Virus record (IMG/VR): IMGVR_UViG_2537562231_000027
Length of the DNA: 16,219 nucleotides
Direction: 5' to 3' (one strand)
DNA from: a virus
Taxonomy: Duplodnaviria > Heunggongvirae > Uroviricota > Caudoviricetes
This document shows positions 7,330 through 14,484 of this stretch, in pieces (the stretch's first letter is position 1; every line of letters begins with the position of its first letter). Position numbers and translations under genes: made by a program. Under the pieces are notes generated by a model that did no database searches, was not told the DNA's origin, and saw nothing but the letters and a program-made list of their open reading frames with translations.

Positions 7330-8036
7330 CACCGCTGCCAACCAATAACCTGAAATAACCCCATTTTCGGGTGATACCAGCGAGTCCCTCGCGGTTCTGC
7401 TTCCTCCATAACCCGATAAAAAGCAGCCATAAACGGTTCCACAGCAACAATTGCGCGACGTGACAACAATCCGTCCGGCGTCATGAACTCATGGGTGTCT
7501 GTAGGAATCTGATAGGCGTTCACCAGATTGCGGCATTTATCATCTGACAAACCGGTTTTTGCTTTCAGTTGGCGATATCCGGCATAGCCCTCACGAATAG
7601 TGCCCTTTTTAATTTGCTCGACTGTTTCAGCAACGTGGCTGACTTTTTCTTCCACCTGAGTGATCCGTTTCTGCTGACGAACTGCTTCAAGAGCCATCGC
7701 GGCAACCATTTCGATTTCGCTCATTGGCTTACGGATCTGTTCTTCCAGTTCGCGCCAGCGATCTACCAGGCGAGCAGTGAATTCAGGACAGAGCTGTGCG
7801 ACGACAATGATGCTGTCGCGCTTACCTCGTTCACCTTCGAATACATACGCGCTAGAAAATCGGCGAGGCCCAAGTGATTGTTTATTCTCAATTTCCACAG
7901 TCTGTGGAAATTGGATGATTCCCTTTTTAGCCAGTGTTTCAATAGTTCTCTTAACACTATCTGGTCGGCTTCCCACCAGCTCTGCGATCTCAACGCTGGT
8001 CATGGATGCTTTGCCGTTAAAAATTGCGGTGTTCAT
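7329..8036 (-). CDS. Phage regulatory protein, Rha family
   Basis: N-terminus MTSVEIAELVGSRPDSVKRTIETLAKKG...RLVDRWRELEEQ resembles the Phage_pRha signature. SD AGGAG 7 nt upstream; ATG overlaps the Cro-like stop (ATGA). Confidence 0.8.
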   Translation of the reverse strand: MNTAIFNGKASMTSVEIAELVGSRPDSVKRTIETLAKKGIIQFPQTVEIENKQSLGPRRFSSAYVFEGERGKRDSIIVVAQLCPEFTARLVDRWRELEEQIRKPMSEIEMVAAMALEAVRQQKRITQVEEKVSHVAETVEQIKKGTIREGYAGYRQLKAKTGLSDDKCRNLVNAYQIPTDTHEFMTPDGLLSRRAIVAVEPFMAAFYRVMEEAEPRGTRWYHPKMGLFQVIGWQR

Positions 8037-8323
8037 TGTTTATCTCCTGCGTGTATTCCATCCGCTCTGTGTGGTGAACTTGGATTTAGGCTTTTGCGTA
8101 ACAAGTTAGGAATTCCATCTTCAGGGTGAGGATAAAGATCTGGCCTTAAGCCATGAGGCGTAACCTTCCATGCAACTACTTCACATACTCGTAAAACGAA
8201 ACGAGCAGGAATTGTGCTTTTTGAAAACCACTGATTCACCGCTTGCGGCGTCACACCAAGATTTCGCGCTATGGCATTTTGCGCAATTAATGCACGAAGT
8301 TTGTCGTAATCATTTCCTTCCAT
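8033..8323 (-). CDS. Cro-like HTH regulator (YdaS-type)
   Basis: LIAQNAIARNLGVTPQAVNQWF...LRPDLYP is HTH-like. Divergent from the cI-like gene across a 133-bp regulatory region. Confidence 0.7.
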   Translation of the reverse strand: MEGNDYDKLRALIAQNAIARNLGVTPQAVNQWFSKSTIPARFVLRVCEVVAWKVTPHGLRPDLYPHPEDGIPNLLRKSLNPSSPHRADGIHAGDKQ

Positions 8324-8456
8324 AACAAAGCACCAATATTAACTTTATAAATCAAGAATACATCAAGTTTAAATTAACATGCAAGTTGCAAAAGGATCGA
8401 ATACACTAAAATCAAGTAAAGATTTATCCTTGTAAAGAAACCCACAGGATTTGGTC
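8324..8456. promoter_or_regulatory. Divergent immunity control region (OR-like) between cro-like and cI-like genes
   Basis: AT-rich. Contains three direct ATCAAG motifs, the palindrome TGCAAGTTGCA and the near-palindrome CAAGTAAAGATTTATCCTTG. Individual promoters not confidently resolved. Confidence 0.5.
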
Positions 8457-9146
8457 ATGAAGAACGTCAAAAACACGGAAAATCGAATAGCCGCGATGCT
8501 GAAAGCAAAAGGATGGACTCAGGCTCAACTGGCCCGCAAGTTAGGTGTGAGTGCGCAATCAGTGCAGTACTGGACAACAGGAAAAACATTTCCACGGAGT
8601 GATAAGCTCGCGCATTTATCAGAGATTAGCGGTTATCCACAATCCTGGTTCTTAGGTGAAGACTCCTCACCAACCTTTTCTTCGCAAGAGAAACACCAGA
8701 CAAGAACAGATAGCGTCGTATTTAATGTCCTTGATGTTGAGTTTAGTTGCGGTGATGGAACTCATGTCCGTGGTGACTTGATAGATGTAGTGCGCTCAAT
8801 AGAACTTGATCCTGAATATGCCCGACGTCTTGTTGGAAATCGGGCATTCAAAAATATAGAAATAGGTAACGCCAGAGGAGACAGTATGGCTCCCACAATC
8901 TCACCTGGCGACCTTCTTTTTCTTGATAAGACAGTAACTTATTTTGATGGCGATGGTATTTATGCATTTTGTTTTGATGGAGAATGCTACGTGAAAAGGC
9001 TTCAAAAAATTGGAAGCAAAATCATGGTGTTATCTGATAACCCCAATTATCAACCATGGAGCATCGAAAAAGAGGGGTTAGCTCTGCTTTATATCCAGTC
9101 TAAAGTGATCTCATCAGTACCATTCAACATAAACAGATTTGGTTAG
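8457..9146 (+). CDS. Prophage repressor, cI/LexA-like (N-terminal HTH, C-terminal S24 peptidase)
   Basis: HTH WTQAQLARKLGVSAQSVQYW; S24 motifs GDSMAPTISPGDLLFLDK and YVKRLQK (Ser/Lys dyad). ATG at 8457; the track start at 8451 is a TTG. Confidence 0.85.
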   Translation: MKNVKNTENRIAAMLKAKGWTQAQLARKLGVSAQSVQYWTTGKTFPRSDKLAHLSEISGYPQSWFLGEDSSPTFSSQEKHQTRTDSVVFNVLDVEFSCGDGTHVRGDLIDVVRSIELDPEYARRLVGNRAFKNIEIGNARGDSMAPTISPGDLLFLDKTVTYFDGDGIYAFCFDGECYVKRLQKIGSKIMVLSDNPNYQPWSIEKEGLALLYIQSKVISSVPFNINRFG

Positions 9147-9158
9147 TCTTTGATTTTA

Positions 9159-9180
9159 ACGGGCTTTGCCCGTTTTTTTT
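9159..9180 (+). terminator. Rho-independent terminator after the repressor gene
   Basis: ACGGGC-TTT-GCCCGT followed by eight T residues, 13 nt after the cI-like stop. Confidence 0.7.
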
Positions 9181-9210
9181 CTGCCTGAAATATACGATAT
9201 CAATTTTTTC

Positions 9211-9239
9211 TTGACAGCCTGTTTCCCAAAACATAATAT
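9211..9239 (+). promoter_or_regulatory. Strong sigma70-type promoter (PL-equivalent or accessory-operon promoter)
   Basis: TTGACA (9211-9216), 17-bp spacer, TAATAT (9234-9239). Flanked by dyads ATCAATTTTTTCTTGAC and ATCAATTATAACTTGAT that share ATCAA/TTGAT half-sites with the OR-like region. Confidence 0.6.
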
Positions 9240-9292
9240 CGCACCATCAATTATAACTTGATTTGATTCAATTTAAAATTGTTGGCGGATAT

Positions 9293-9841
9293 ATGAAGAC
9301 ACTAAAAGCAACTCCAGAAACAACTAATTTTATCAACTGCGGCTGTGTTACGCTTAAGGGCTTAGAACTTGATTCCTTTGCATTAAATATTGCAAATTTG
9401 CTAAGTGCTGTACGCACATTCCATCTTCTGGATTGTGCTCGCTCAAAGGAACTGGGCATTGAGGTAATGGAATTTATCCATGAATATGCTCTATCTGCTG
9501 CTTCTCCTGCACAACAAAAACAATCCTTCCCTGAAAGCTGGCTGGTTAACCTTCGCACCCAACGCGAAGCCTGCGGCTTAACAACCGCCGAACTCGCCAG
9601 GCTGCTCGATCTCGATGAAGAAATTATCATCCAGTGGGAGAGCGGAGAGTATGAACCAACTATCAGTATGCTTATCCCACTGGCAAATATTCTTGGCTGC
9701 GATCCGATGTGCCTGTTAACTGGTGAGGTTACTCCTCCGGAGCAACCAAAAAGTGAGGAGCAGCAACACCATGACGCATCTCAACAAGTTTGCCCCTTAT
9801 CTCGCGAAGCTCTTCTGCGGAAGAACCAATACCAATGGTGA
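9293..9841 (+). CDS. Hypothetical protein with C-terminal XRE-type HTH domain (gene A)
   Basis: HTH GLTTAELARLLDLDEEIIIQWESGEYEPTISMLIPLANILGCDPMCLL; N-terminal about 90 aa unrecognised. ATG at 9293; the track start at 9263 is a TTG. Confidence 0.6.
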   Translation: MKTLKATPETTNFINCGCVTLKGLELDSFALNIANLLSAVRTFHLLDCARSKELGIEVMEFIHEYALSAASPAQQKQSFPESWLVNLRTQREACGLTTAELARLLDLDEEIIIQWESGEYEPTISMLIPLANILGCDPMCLLTGEVTPPEQPKSEEQQHHDASQQVCPLSREALLRKNQYQW

Positions 9842-9969
9842 CATAATCGCCGCTTCGCCCTTCAAGGTACATGCGAACATTTTTATCAATCATTGCGGAA
9901 ACAGTCTCAATATGAAAACACTTCTGAGACTCGCTATATAGCAGAACATATAAGTCAGCTGAGGAAGCC

Positions 9970-10335
9970 ATGAAAAAGTTCGAAAACATAACTGTTCTCC
10001 ATGTTGATGACTTTGATTATACAAACCCGGAACTTCTCCCGGAGGTTGTAAAGGCAATAGATGTTGCCGATATAGTGATTAGAGAAAAGAGAATTGTCAA
10101 AAACAGGCTCGCATGCACTTCAGGAGCAATGACAGAAACAACCTCACAGCAAGATAATTACGAAGGCATTTGTCTGGAGCCTGATTCATTTGCGGTAAAT
10201 GTTTATCATTTATTGCATGCAACACAGGTATTACATATGTCCAGTAATCACGAAACGAAAACACTCGGCAGCGAAATTCTGAGTTTTGCATGTGAGTATA
10301 CAAAAGCTGCTGCCGAAAAAGAATTAGCGCAATAA
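9970..10335 (+). CDS. Hypothetical protein (121 aa, gene B)
   Basis: ATG with SD GAGGAAG 5 nt upstream; no recognisable motifs. Confidence 0.6.
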   Translation: MKKFENITVLHVDDFDYTNPELLPEVVKAIDVADIVIREKRIVKNRLACTSGAMTETTSQQDNYEGICLEPDSFAVNVYHLLHATQVLHMSSNHETKTLGSEILSFACEYTKAAAEKELAQ

Positions 10336-10413
10336 CAACAAATATGCCCTGAACGTTTATTGCGGTTTTATCGCCGGGGATTGTTACAACCTTAATCCAC
10401 AGGAGGCTTTATT

Positions 10414-10527
10414 GTGACTTTTATAAAGAATATGGCATCACACAAGACCGCCTGCCTTATTGCACAATACGGTGAAAATTACATGCATATTGCCTACTTA
10501 TTTCTGCGTAAAGCATACGGGAGATAA
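10414..10527 (+). CDS. Candidate small ORF (37 aa), GTG start
   Basis: Perfect SD AGGAGG 7 nt upstream of GTG; stop lies 2 nt before the gene C ATG. Below the ORF-track size cutoff. Confidence 0.3.
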   Translation: MTFIKNMASHKTACLIAQYGENYMHIAYLFLRKAYGR

Positions 10528-10529
10528 TA

Positions 10530-10712
10530 ATGCATCAGAAAACAGCAGAACACGAGCAAACCAGAGTATTGCTGACCGTCAAAAACGGGAAAGTAATATT
10601 AATTCGTCATGTTCATGACGATGAACTTGTAGGAAGTCTTTCAACATTCCTGTTTATTGCAGAAAAGGCAGGATATGACGTTATTGCACCAGCTGATGAA
10701 GATGAGGAGTAA
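10530..10712 (+). CDS. Hypothetical small protein (60 aa, acidic C-terminus; gene C)
   Basis: SD GGGAGA 6 nt upstream; its 3' end contains the GAGGAG SD for the following IS1-disrupted gene. Confidence 0.55.
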   Translation: MHQKTAEHEQTRVLLTVKNGKVILIRHVHDDELVGSLSTFLFIAEKAGYDVIAPADEDEE

Positions 10713-10717
10713 ATATC

Positions 10718-10792
10718 ATGCAATACACTGAATTCCAGGCTGAAGCAACAGCCGGTAATGACTCCAACTTATTGATAGTGTTTTATGTTTAG
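10718..10792 (+). pseudogene. 5' fragment of IS1-interrupted gene D (12 native codons, then read-through into IS1)
   Basis: ATG at 10718 with SD GAGGAG 8 nt upstream; reading frame enters IS1 at 10754 and stops at 10790-10792. Deleting IS1 plus one target-duplication copy joins it in frame to the ORF at 11552. Confidence 0.6.
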
Positions 10793-11272
10793 ATAATGCC
10801 CGATGACTTTGTCATGCAGCTCCACCGATTTTGAGAACGACAGCGACTTCCGTCCCAGCCGTGCCAGGTGCTGCCTCAGATTCAGGTTATGCCGCTCAAT
10901 TCGCTGCGTATATCGCTTGCTGATTACGTGCAGCTTTCCCTTCAGGCGGGATTCATACAGCGGCCAGCCATCCGTCATCCATATCACCACGTCAAAGGGT
11001 GACAGCAGGCTCATAAGACGCCCCAGCGTCGCCATAGTGCGTTCACCGAATACGTGCGCAACAACCGTCTTCCGGAGCCTGTCATACGCGTAAAACAGCC
11101 AGCGCTGGCGCGATTTAGCCCCGACATAGCCCCACTGTTCGTCCATTTCCGCGCAGACGATGACGTCACTGCCCGGCTGTATGCGCGAGGTTACCGACTG
11201 CGGCCTGAGTTTTTTAAGTGACGTAAAATCGTGTTGAGGCCAACGCCCATAATGCGGGCGGTTGCCCGGCAT
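10769..11272 (-). CDS. insB: IS1 InsB reading frame (made as an InsAB' fusion by -1 frameshift)
   Basis: Canonical InsB-frame sequence ...[49 protein letters not shown]... Confidence 0.9.
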
Positions 11273-11466
11273 CCAACGCCATTCATGGCCATATCAATGA
11301 TTTTCTGGTGCGTACCGGGTTGAGAAGCGGTGTAAGTGAACTGCAGTTGCCATGTTTTACGGCAGTGAGAGCAGAGATAGCGCTGATGTCCGGCAGTGCT
11401 TTTGCCGTTACGCACCACCCCGTCAGTAGCTGAACAGGAGGGACAGCTGATAGAAACAGAAGCCAC
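11191..11466 (-). CDS. insA: IS1 InsA
   Basis: [43 protein letters not shown]... (91 aa); ends at the A6C frameshift motif. Confidence 0.9.
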
Positions 11467-11551
11467 TGGAGCACCTCAAAAACACCATCATACACTAAAT
11501 CAGTAAGTTGGCAGCATCACCGCAACAGCCACAGGTATACGAACTGGCAGT

Positions 11552-12067
11552 ATGACTATTGATTATCACGACGCAATCCGCCGTCTGGATGCAGGTGAAT
11601 TCGATCATCCTAATGTGAAAGGTTTGCAAATCCTTCAATGCCTCGCACAAGCCGACAATGCAGGATTACTGGGTAAACTCCCTGTTGAGATGAAGGTAGC
11701 CCAGTGGCGCTGGTTGTACGTGACGACATTCATCAACGAAGAAGAAAACAAGAATGGCACTATTGATATCCCAAACGAACACGGAACAACAGATCGCGCC
11801 GTAATATATAACGGGAAGCATGGGGTTATGACGATATATCCCGGCCCCATTCGGTTTGCCTTACAGCAGTATATTGAATGGAATTTAATTCAAAAATACG
11901 GCGAGGCAGAAGGAATGGGTAGAGCACTATTTCTTTATCAGAAAATGCTCATTACATACCCAGATAAAGGTTTCATTGTTTCAGACATGGGGCGAGAAGG
12001 GCTTGAACTCCTTCTGGATGAAATGATTAACGACCTGAATACTCATGGTATGCCAGAAGGCCAGTGA
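11552..12067 (+). CDS. 3' portion (171 codons) of IS1-interrupted hypothetical gene D
   Basis: Intact ORF from ATG 11552 with no SD of its own. In frame with the 10718 fragment once IS1 is removed; reconstructed product about 190 aa: MQYTEFQAEATATGIRTGSMTIDYHDAIRR... Confidence 0.6.
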   Translation: MTIDYHDAIRRLDAGEFDHPNVKGLQILQCLAQADNAGLLGKLPVEMKVAQWRWLYVTTFINEEENKNGTIDIPNEHGTTDRAVIYNGKHGVMTIYPGPIRFALQQYIEWNLIQKYGEAEGMGRALFLYQKMLITYPDKGFIVSDMGREGLELLLDEMINDLNTHGMPEGQ

Positions 12068-12263
12068 CACATTAAATATTAAGAGGAATATAATTCTTCC
12101 GTTTTTTACTAACCGTTTATATGAAAAGCAACCGTGACTTAAGCAGAGTAAAACTGCTTTTAATCCTTGCCACAGTACTGACAATAACAGAAATCATTAT
12201 TCTCTTTAGGTGATGCTGCCAACTTACTGATTTAGTGTATGATGGTGTTTTTGAGGTGCTCCA

Positions 12264-12539
12264 GTGGCTTCTGTTTCTATCAGCTGTCCCTCCTGTTCAG
12301 CTACTGACGGGGTGGTGCGTAACGGCAAAAGCACTGCCGGACATCAGCGCTATCTCTGCTCTCACTGCCGTAAAACATGGCAACTGCAGTTCACTTACAC
12401 CGCTTCTCAACCCGGTACGCACCAGAAAATCATTGATATGGCCATGAATGGCGTTGGATGCCGGGCAACCGCCCGCATTATGGGCGTTGGCCTCAACACG
12501 ATTTTCCGCCATTTAAAAAACTCAGGCCGCAGTCGGTAA
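12264..12539 (+). CDS. insA: IS1 InsA (variant)
   Basis: 91 aa; differs from copy 1 by L to F in ...[14 protein letters not shown]; A6C frameshift motif at 12515-12521. Confidence 0.9.
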   Translation: MASVSISCPSCSATDGVVRNGKSTAGHQRYLCSHCRKTWQLQFTYTASQPGTHQKIIDMAMNGVGCRATARIMGVGLNTIFRHLKNSGRSR

Positions 12540-12961
12540 CCTCGCGCATACAGCCGGGCAGTGACGTCATCGTCTGCGCGGAAATGGACGAACAGTGGGG
12601 CTACGTCGGTGCTAAATCACGTCAGCGCTGGCTGTTTTACGCGTATGACAGGATACGGAGGACAGTTGTGGCGCACGTTTTCGGTGAACGCACTCTGGCC
12701 ACACTGGAGCGTCTTCTGAGCCTGCTGTCGGCCTTTGAGGTCGTGGTATGGATGACGGATGGCTGGCCGCTGTATGAATCACGCCTGAAGGGAAAGCTGC
12801 ACGTTATCAGCAAGCGTTACACTCAGCGCATTGAGCGACATAATCTGAATCTGAGACAACATCTGGCAAGGCTGGGACGGAAGTCGCTGTCGTTCTCAAA
12901 ATCGGTGGAGCTGCATGACAAGGTCATCGGGCATTATCTGAACATAAAACACTATCAGTAA
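12458..12961 (+). CDS. insB: IS1 InsB reading frame (variant)
   Basis: InsB frame with substitutions relative to copy 1 (IRR versus [22 protein letters not shown] versus [19 protein letters not shown]). Confidence 0.9.
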   Translation: MPGNRPHYGRWPQHDFPPFKKLRPQSVTSRIQPGSDVIVCAEMDEQWGYVGAKSRQRWLFYAYDRIRRTVVAHVFGERTLATLERLLSLLSAFEVVVWMTDGWPLYESRLKGKLHVISKRYTQRIERHNLNLRQHLARLGRKSLSFSKSVELHDKVIGHYLNIKHYQ

Positions 12962-13028
12962 GTTGGAGTCACTACCTTCTCTTTATTGCGCTGTCTGTCA
13001 GTTAAAAATATCGGGATACCACATACCA

Positions 13029-13217
13029 ATGAAACTGTATTTCACAATAGTAATTTTACTGGCAATTATCGCATGCATTTACGGATTACTCGTTCCGTTC
13101 CTTATATCCATGAAGGATACGATAGCAGTTATTTCTGGCTTTGCACTGGCGTTTCTGACCCCGCCCTGCATTTATGCCATTTACAAGGGTCTTTCTTTCA
13201 CTAAGGATAAAAAATGA
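13029..13217 (+). CDS. Small integral membrane protein (62 aa, two predicted TM helices)
   Basis: MKLYFTIVILLAIIACIYGLLVPFLISMKDTIAVISGFALAFLTPPCIYAIY...; stop overlaps the lipoprotein start (ATGA). The track ORF begins at a TTG inside IS1 and was trimmed. Confidence 0.55.
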   Translation: MKLYFTIVILLAIIACIYGLLVPFLISMKDTIAVISGFALAFLTPPCIYAIYKGLSFTKDKK

Positions 13218-14041
13218 AAAAATTTATTTTTGCTTTAGCCATTGTTCTGCCGACCATTGGCCTTGTCGGCTGCGATCGCGTTGAACCCGGTAATGTTGGC
13301 ATCAAAGTAAATAAACTGGGCGACGATAAAGGCGTCGGTGAGGTGGTCGGTGTTGGTCGCTACTGGACTGGCTGGAATACTGAAGTTTACATCTTCCCAA
13401 CCTTCAAACAAATGAAGACCTACGATGAGCCGTTCAGCTTCCAGATGAGTGACGGCACAACCATTGGCTATCACATCGGTGTTGCCTACAAAGTTGATCC
13501 ATCCAAAGTTACCACGGTGTTTCAGACCTACCGCAAAGGCGTGGATGACATTACCGACACTGACCTGCGCCAGAAGATCGCCGACGCACTCAATCGACTG
13601 GCCAGCAAAATGACCACTGACAAATTTATCGACGGCGGGAAGTCTGAACTACTGGATGCAGCTCTTAAAGACATTCAGGCAGAAATGACGCCCATAGGTA
13701 TTCAGGTAATGAGTCTCTCATATGTGGGTAAGCCGGAGTACCCGCCAACCGTTATCGACAGCATTAATGCCAAAGTCACGGCGAACCAGAAAACCCTGCA
13801 ACGCGAACAGGAAGTAAAACAGCGCGAAGCGGAAGCTAACATGTTGCGCGCGGAAGCTGCCGGACAGGCAGATGCGATTCGCACAAAAGCCCAGGCCGAG
13901 GCCGATGCTATTCGTTTACGCGGTGAAGCTCTGCGCCAGAACCCTGGCGTCATGGAGCTGGAAGCCATCAACAAGTGGAACGGTACTCTGCCGCAATACA
14001 TGACCAGCGGTGCCAATACACCATTTATCCAGATTAAATAA
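13214..14041 (+). CDS. SPFH/band-7 (prohibitin/HflC-like) domain lipoprotein
   Basis: Signal peptide with lipobox LVGC (Cys20) and Asp at +2, predicting inner-membrane retention. SPFH-like core and Ala/Glu-rich coiled-coil tail. SD AAGGA 7 nt upstream. Confidence 0.85.
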   Translation: MKKFIFALAIVLPTIGLVGCDRVEPGNVGIKVNKLGDDKGVGEVVGVGRYWTGWNTEVYIFPTFKQMKTYDEPFSFQMSDGTTIGYHIGVAYKVDPSKVTTVFQTYRKGVDDITDTDLRQKIADALNRLASKMTTDKFIDGGKSELLDAALKDIQAEMTPIGIQVMSLSYVGKPEYPPTVIDSINAKVTANQKTLQREQEVKQREAEANMLRAEAAGQADAIRTKAQAEADAIRLRGEALRQNPGVMELEAINKWNGTLPQYMTSGANTPFIQIK

Positions 14042-14069
14042 CTTACACGCCCGGCAAACCGCCGGGTTA

Positions 14070-14453
14070 ATGGAAAATCAGATGAACAACCAGAATACTC
14101 AACCGCAAATAATGAACTATGACCCGAATCTGACGTCGTGCGGACGCATGGCAAAACAAACCGTTCGATTAACTTTCGGACTATGGGAATACCGCGAAAC
14201 ATTCGAAGTTACTGTCGGCGGCAATCTGACCGGACTGGATGTTATCAATTGCGCTATTGAAAGCCTGTACGCAACGCTGCCTTATGAAGAAGTCCTGGAT
14301 GAGCGCACAGGGAAAACGGATATCATGGCCACCATTAATATTGGCGAACTGATATGCCAGGATGAAGACCTGTCCGGGGAACTCTGGCTTGCCGGGATGC
14401 TTATCTCAGCAGAAATTATCAGTATTGAACCCGCTACAAACATACGGCTCTGA
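14070..14453 (+). CDS. Hypothetical acidic protein (about 128 aa)
   Basis: Track ORF trimmed to the first ATG after the lipoprotein stop; start uncertain (ATG at 14082 also possible). A GC-rich hairpin lies just upstream. Confidence 0.55.
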   Translation: MENQMNNQNTQPQIMNYDPNLTSCGRMAKQTVRLTFGLWEYRETFEVTVGGNLTGLDVINCAIESLYATLPYEEVLDERTGKTDIMATINIGELICQDEDLSGELWLAGMLISAEIISIEPATNIRL

Positions 14454-14484
14454 AGTTCTCACTATTCAGAGAGCAGGAGAAAAA

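Larger units (their letters stand above)
10754..11521 (-). mobile_element. IS1 (768 bp), canonical-type copy
   Basis: Both terminal inverted repeats recognised (GGTAATGACTCCAACTTATTGATAGTG at one end, CAGTAAGTTGGCAGCATCACC at the other). Flanked by the 9-bp direct repeat GCAACAGCC at 10745-10753 and 11522-11530. Confidence 0.95.
12209..12976 (+). mobile_element. IS1 (768 bp), divergent variant copy
   Basis: Terminal repeats GGTGATGCTGCCAACTTACTG and AGTTGGAGTCACTACC. Flanked by the 9-bp direct repeat TTCTCTTTA at 12200-12208 and 12977-12985. Several amino-acid differences from the other copy (for example PPF versus TSL). Confidence 0.95.

Noticed and set aside
7569-8129. Plus-strand ORFs antisense to the Rha-like and Cro-like genes
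   Set aside because: Shadow ORFs opposite well-supported genes.
10754-12976. Composite IS1 transposon spanning both copies
   Set aside because: Each IS1 has its own distinct 9-bp target duplication and the two copies differ in sequence, which indicates two independent simple insertions.
12963-13028. TTG-initiated N-terminal extension of the 2-TM protein beginning inside IS1
   Set aside because: The start lies within the IS1 terminal repeat, so it is an artefact of the insertion; the ATG at 13029 is the plausible native start.
13702-14202. Minus-strand 166-aa ORF opposite the SPFH lipoprotein gene
   Set aside because: Antisense to a gene with clear signal peptide and SPFH features; Arg/Ser-rich shadow frame.
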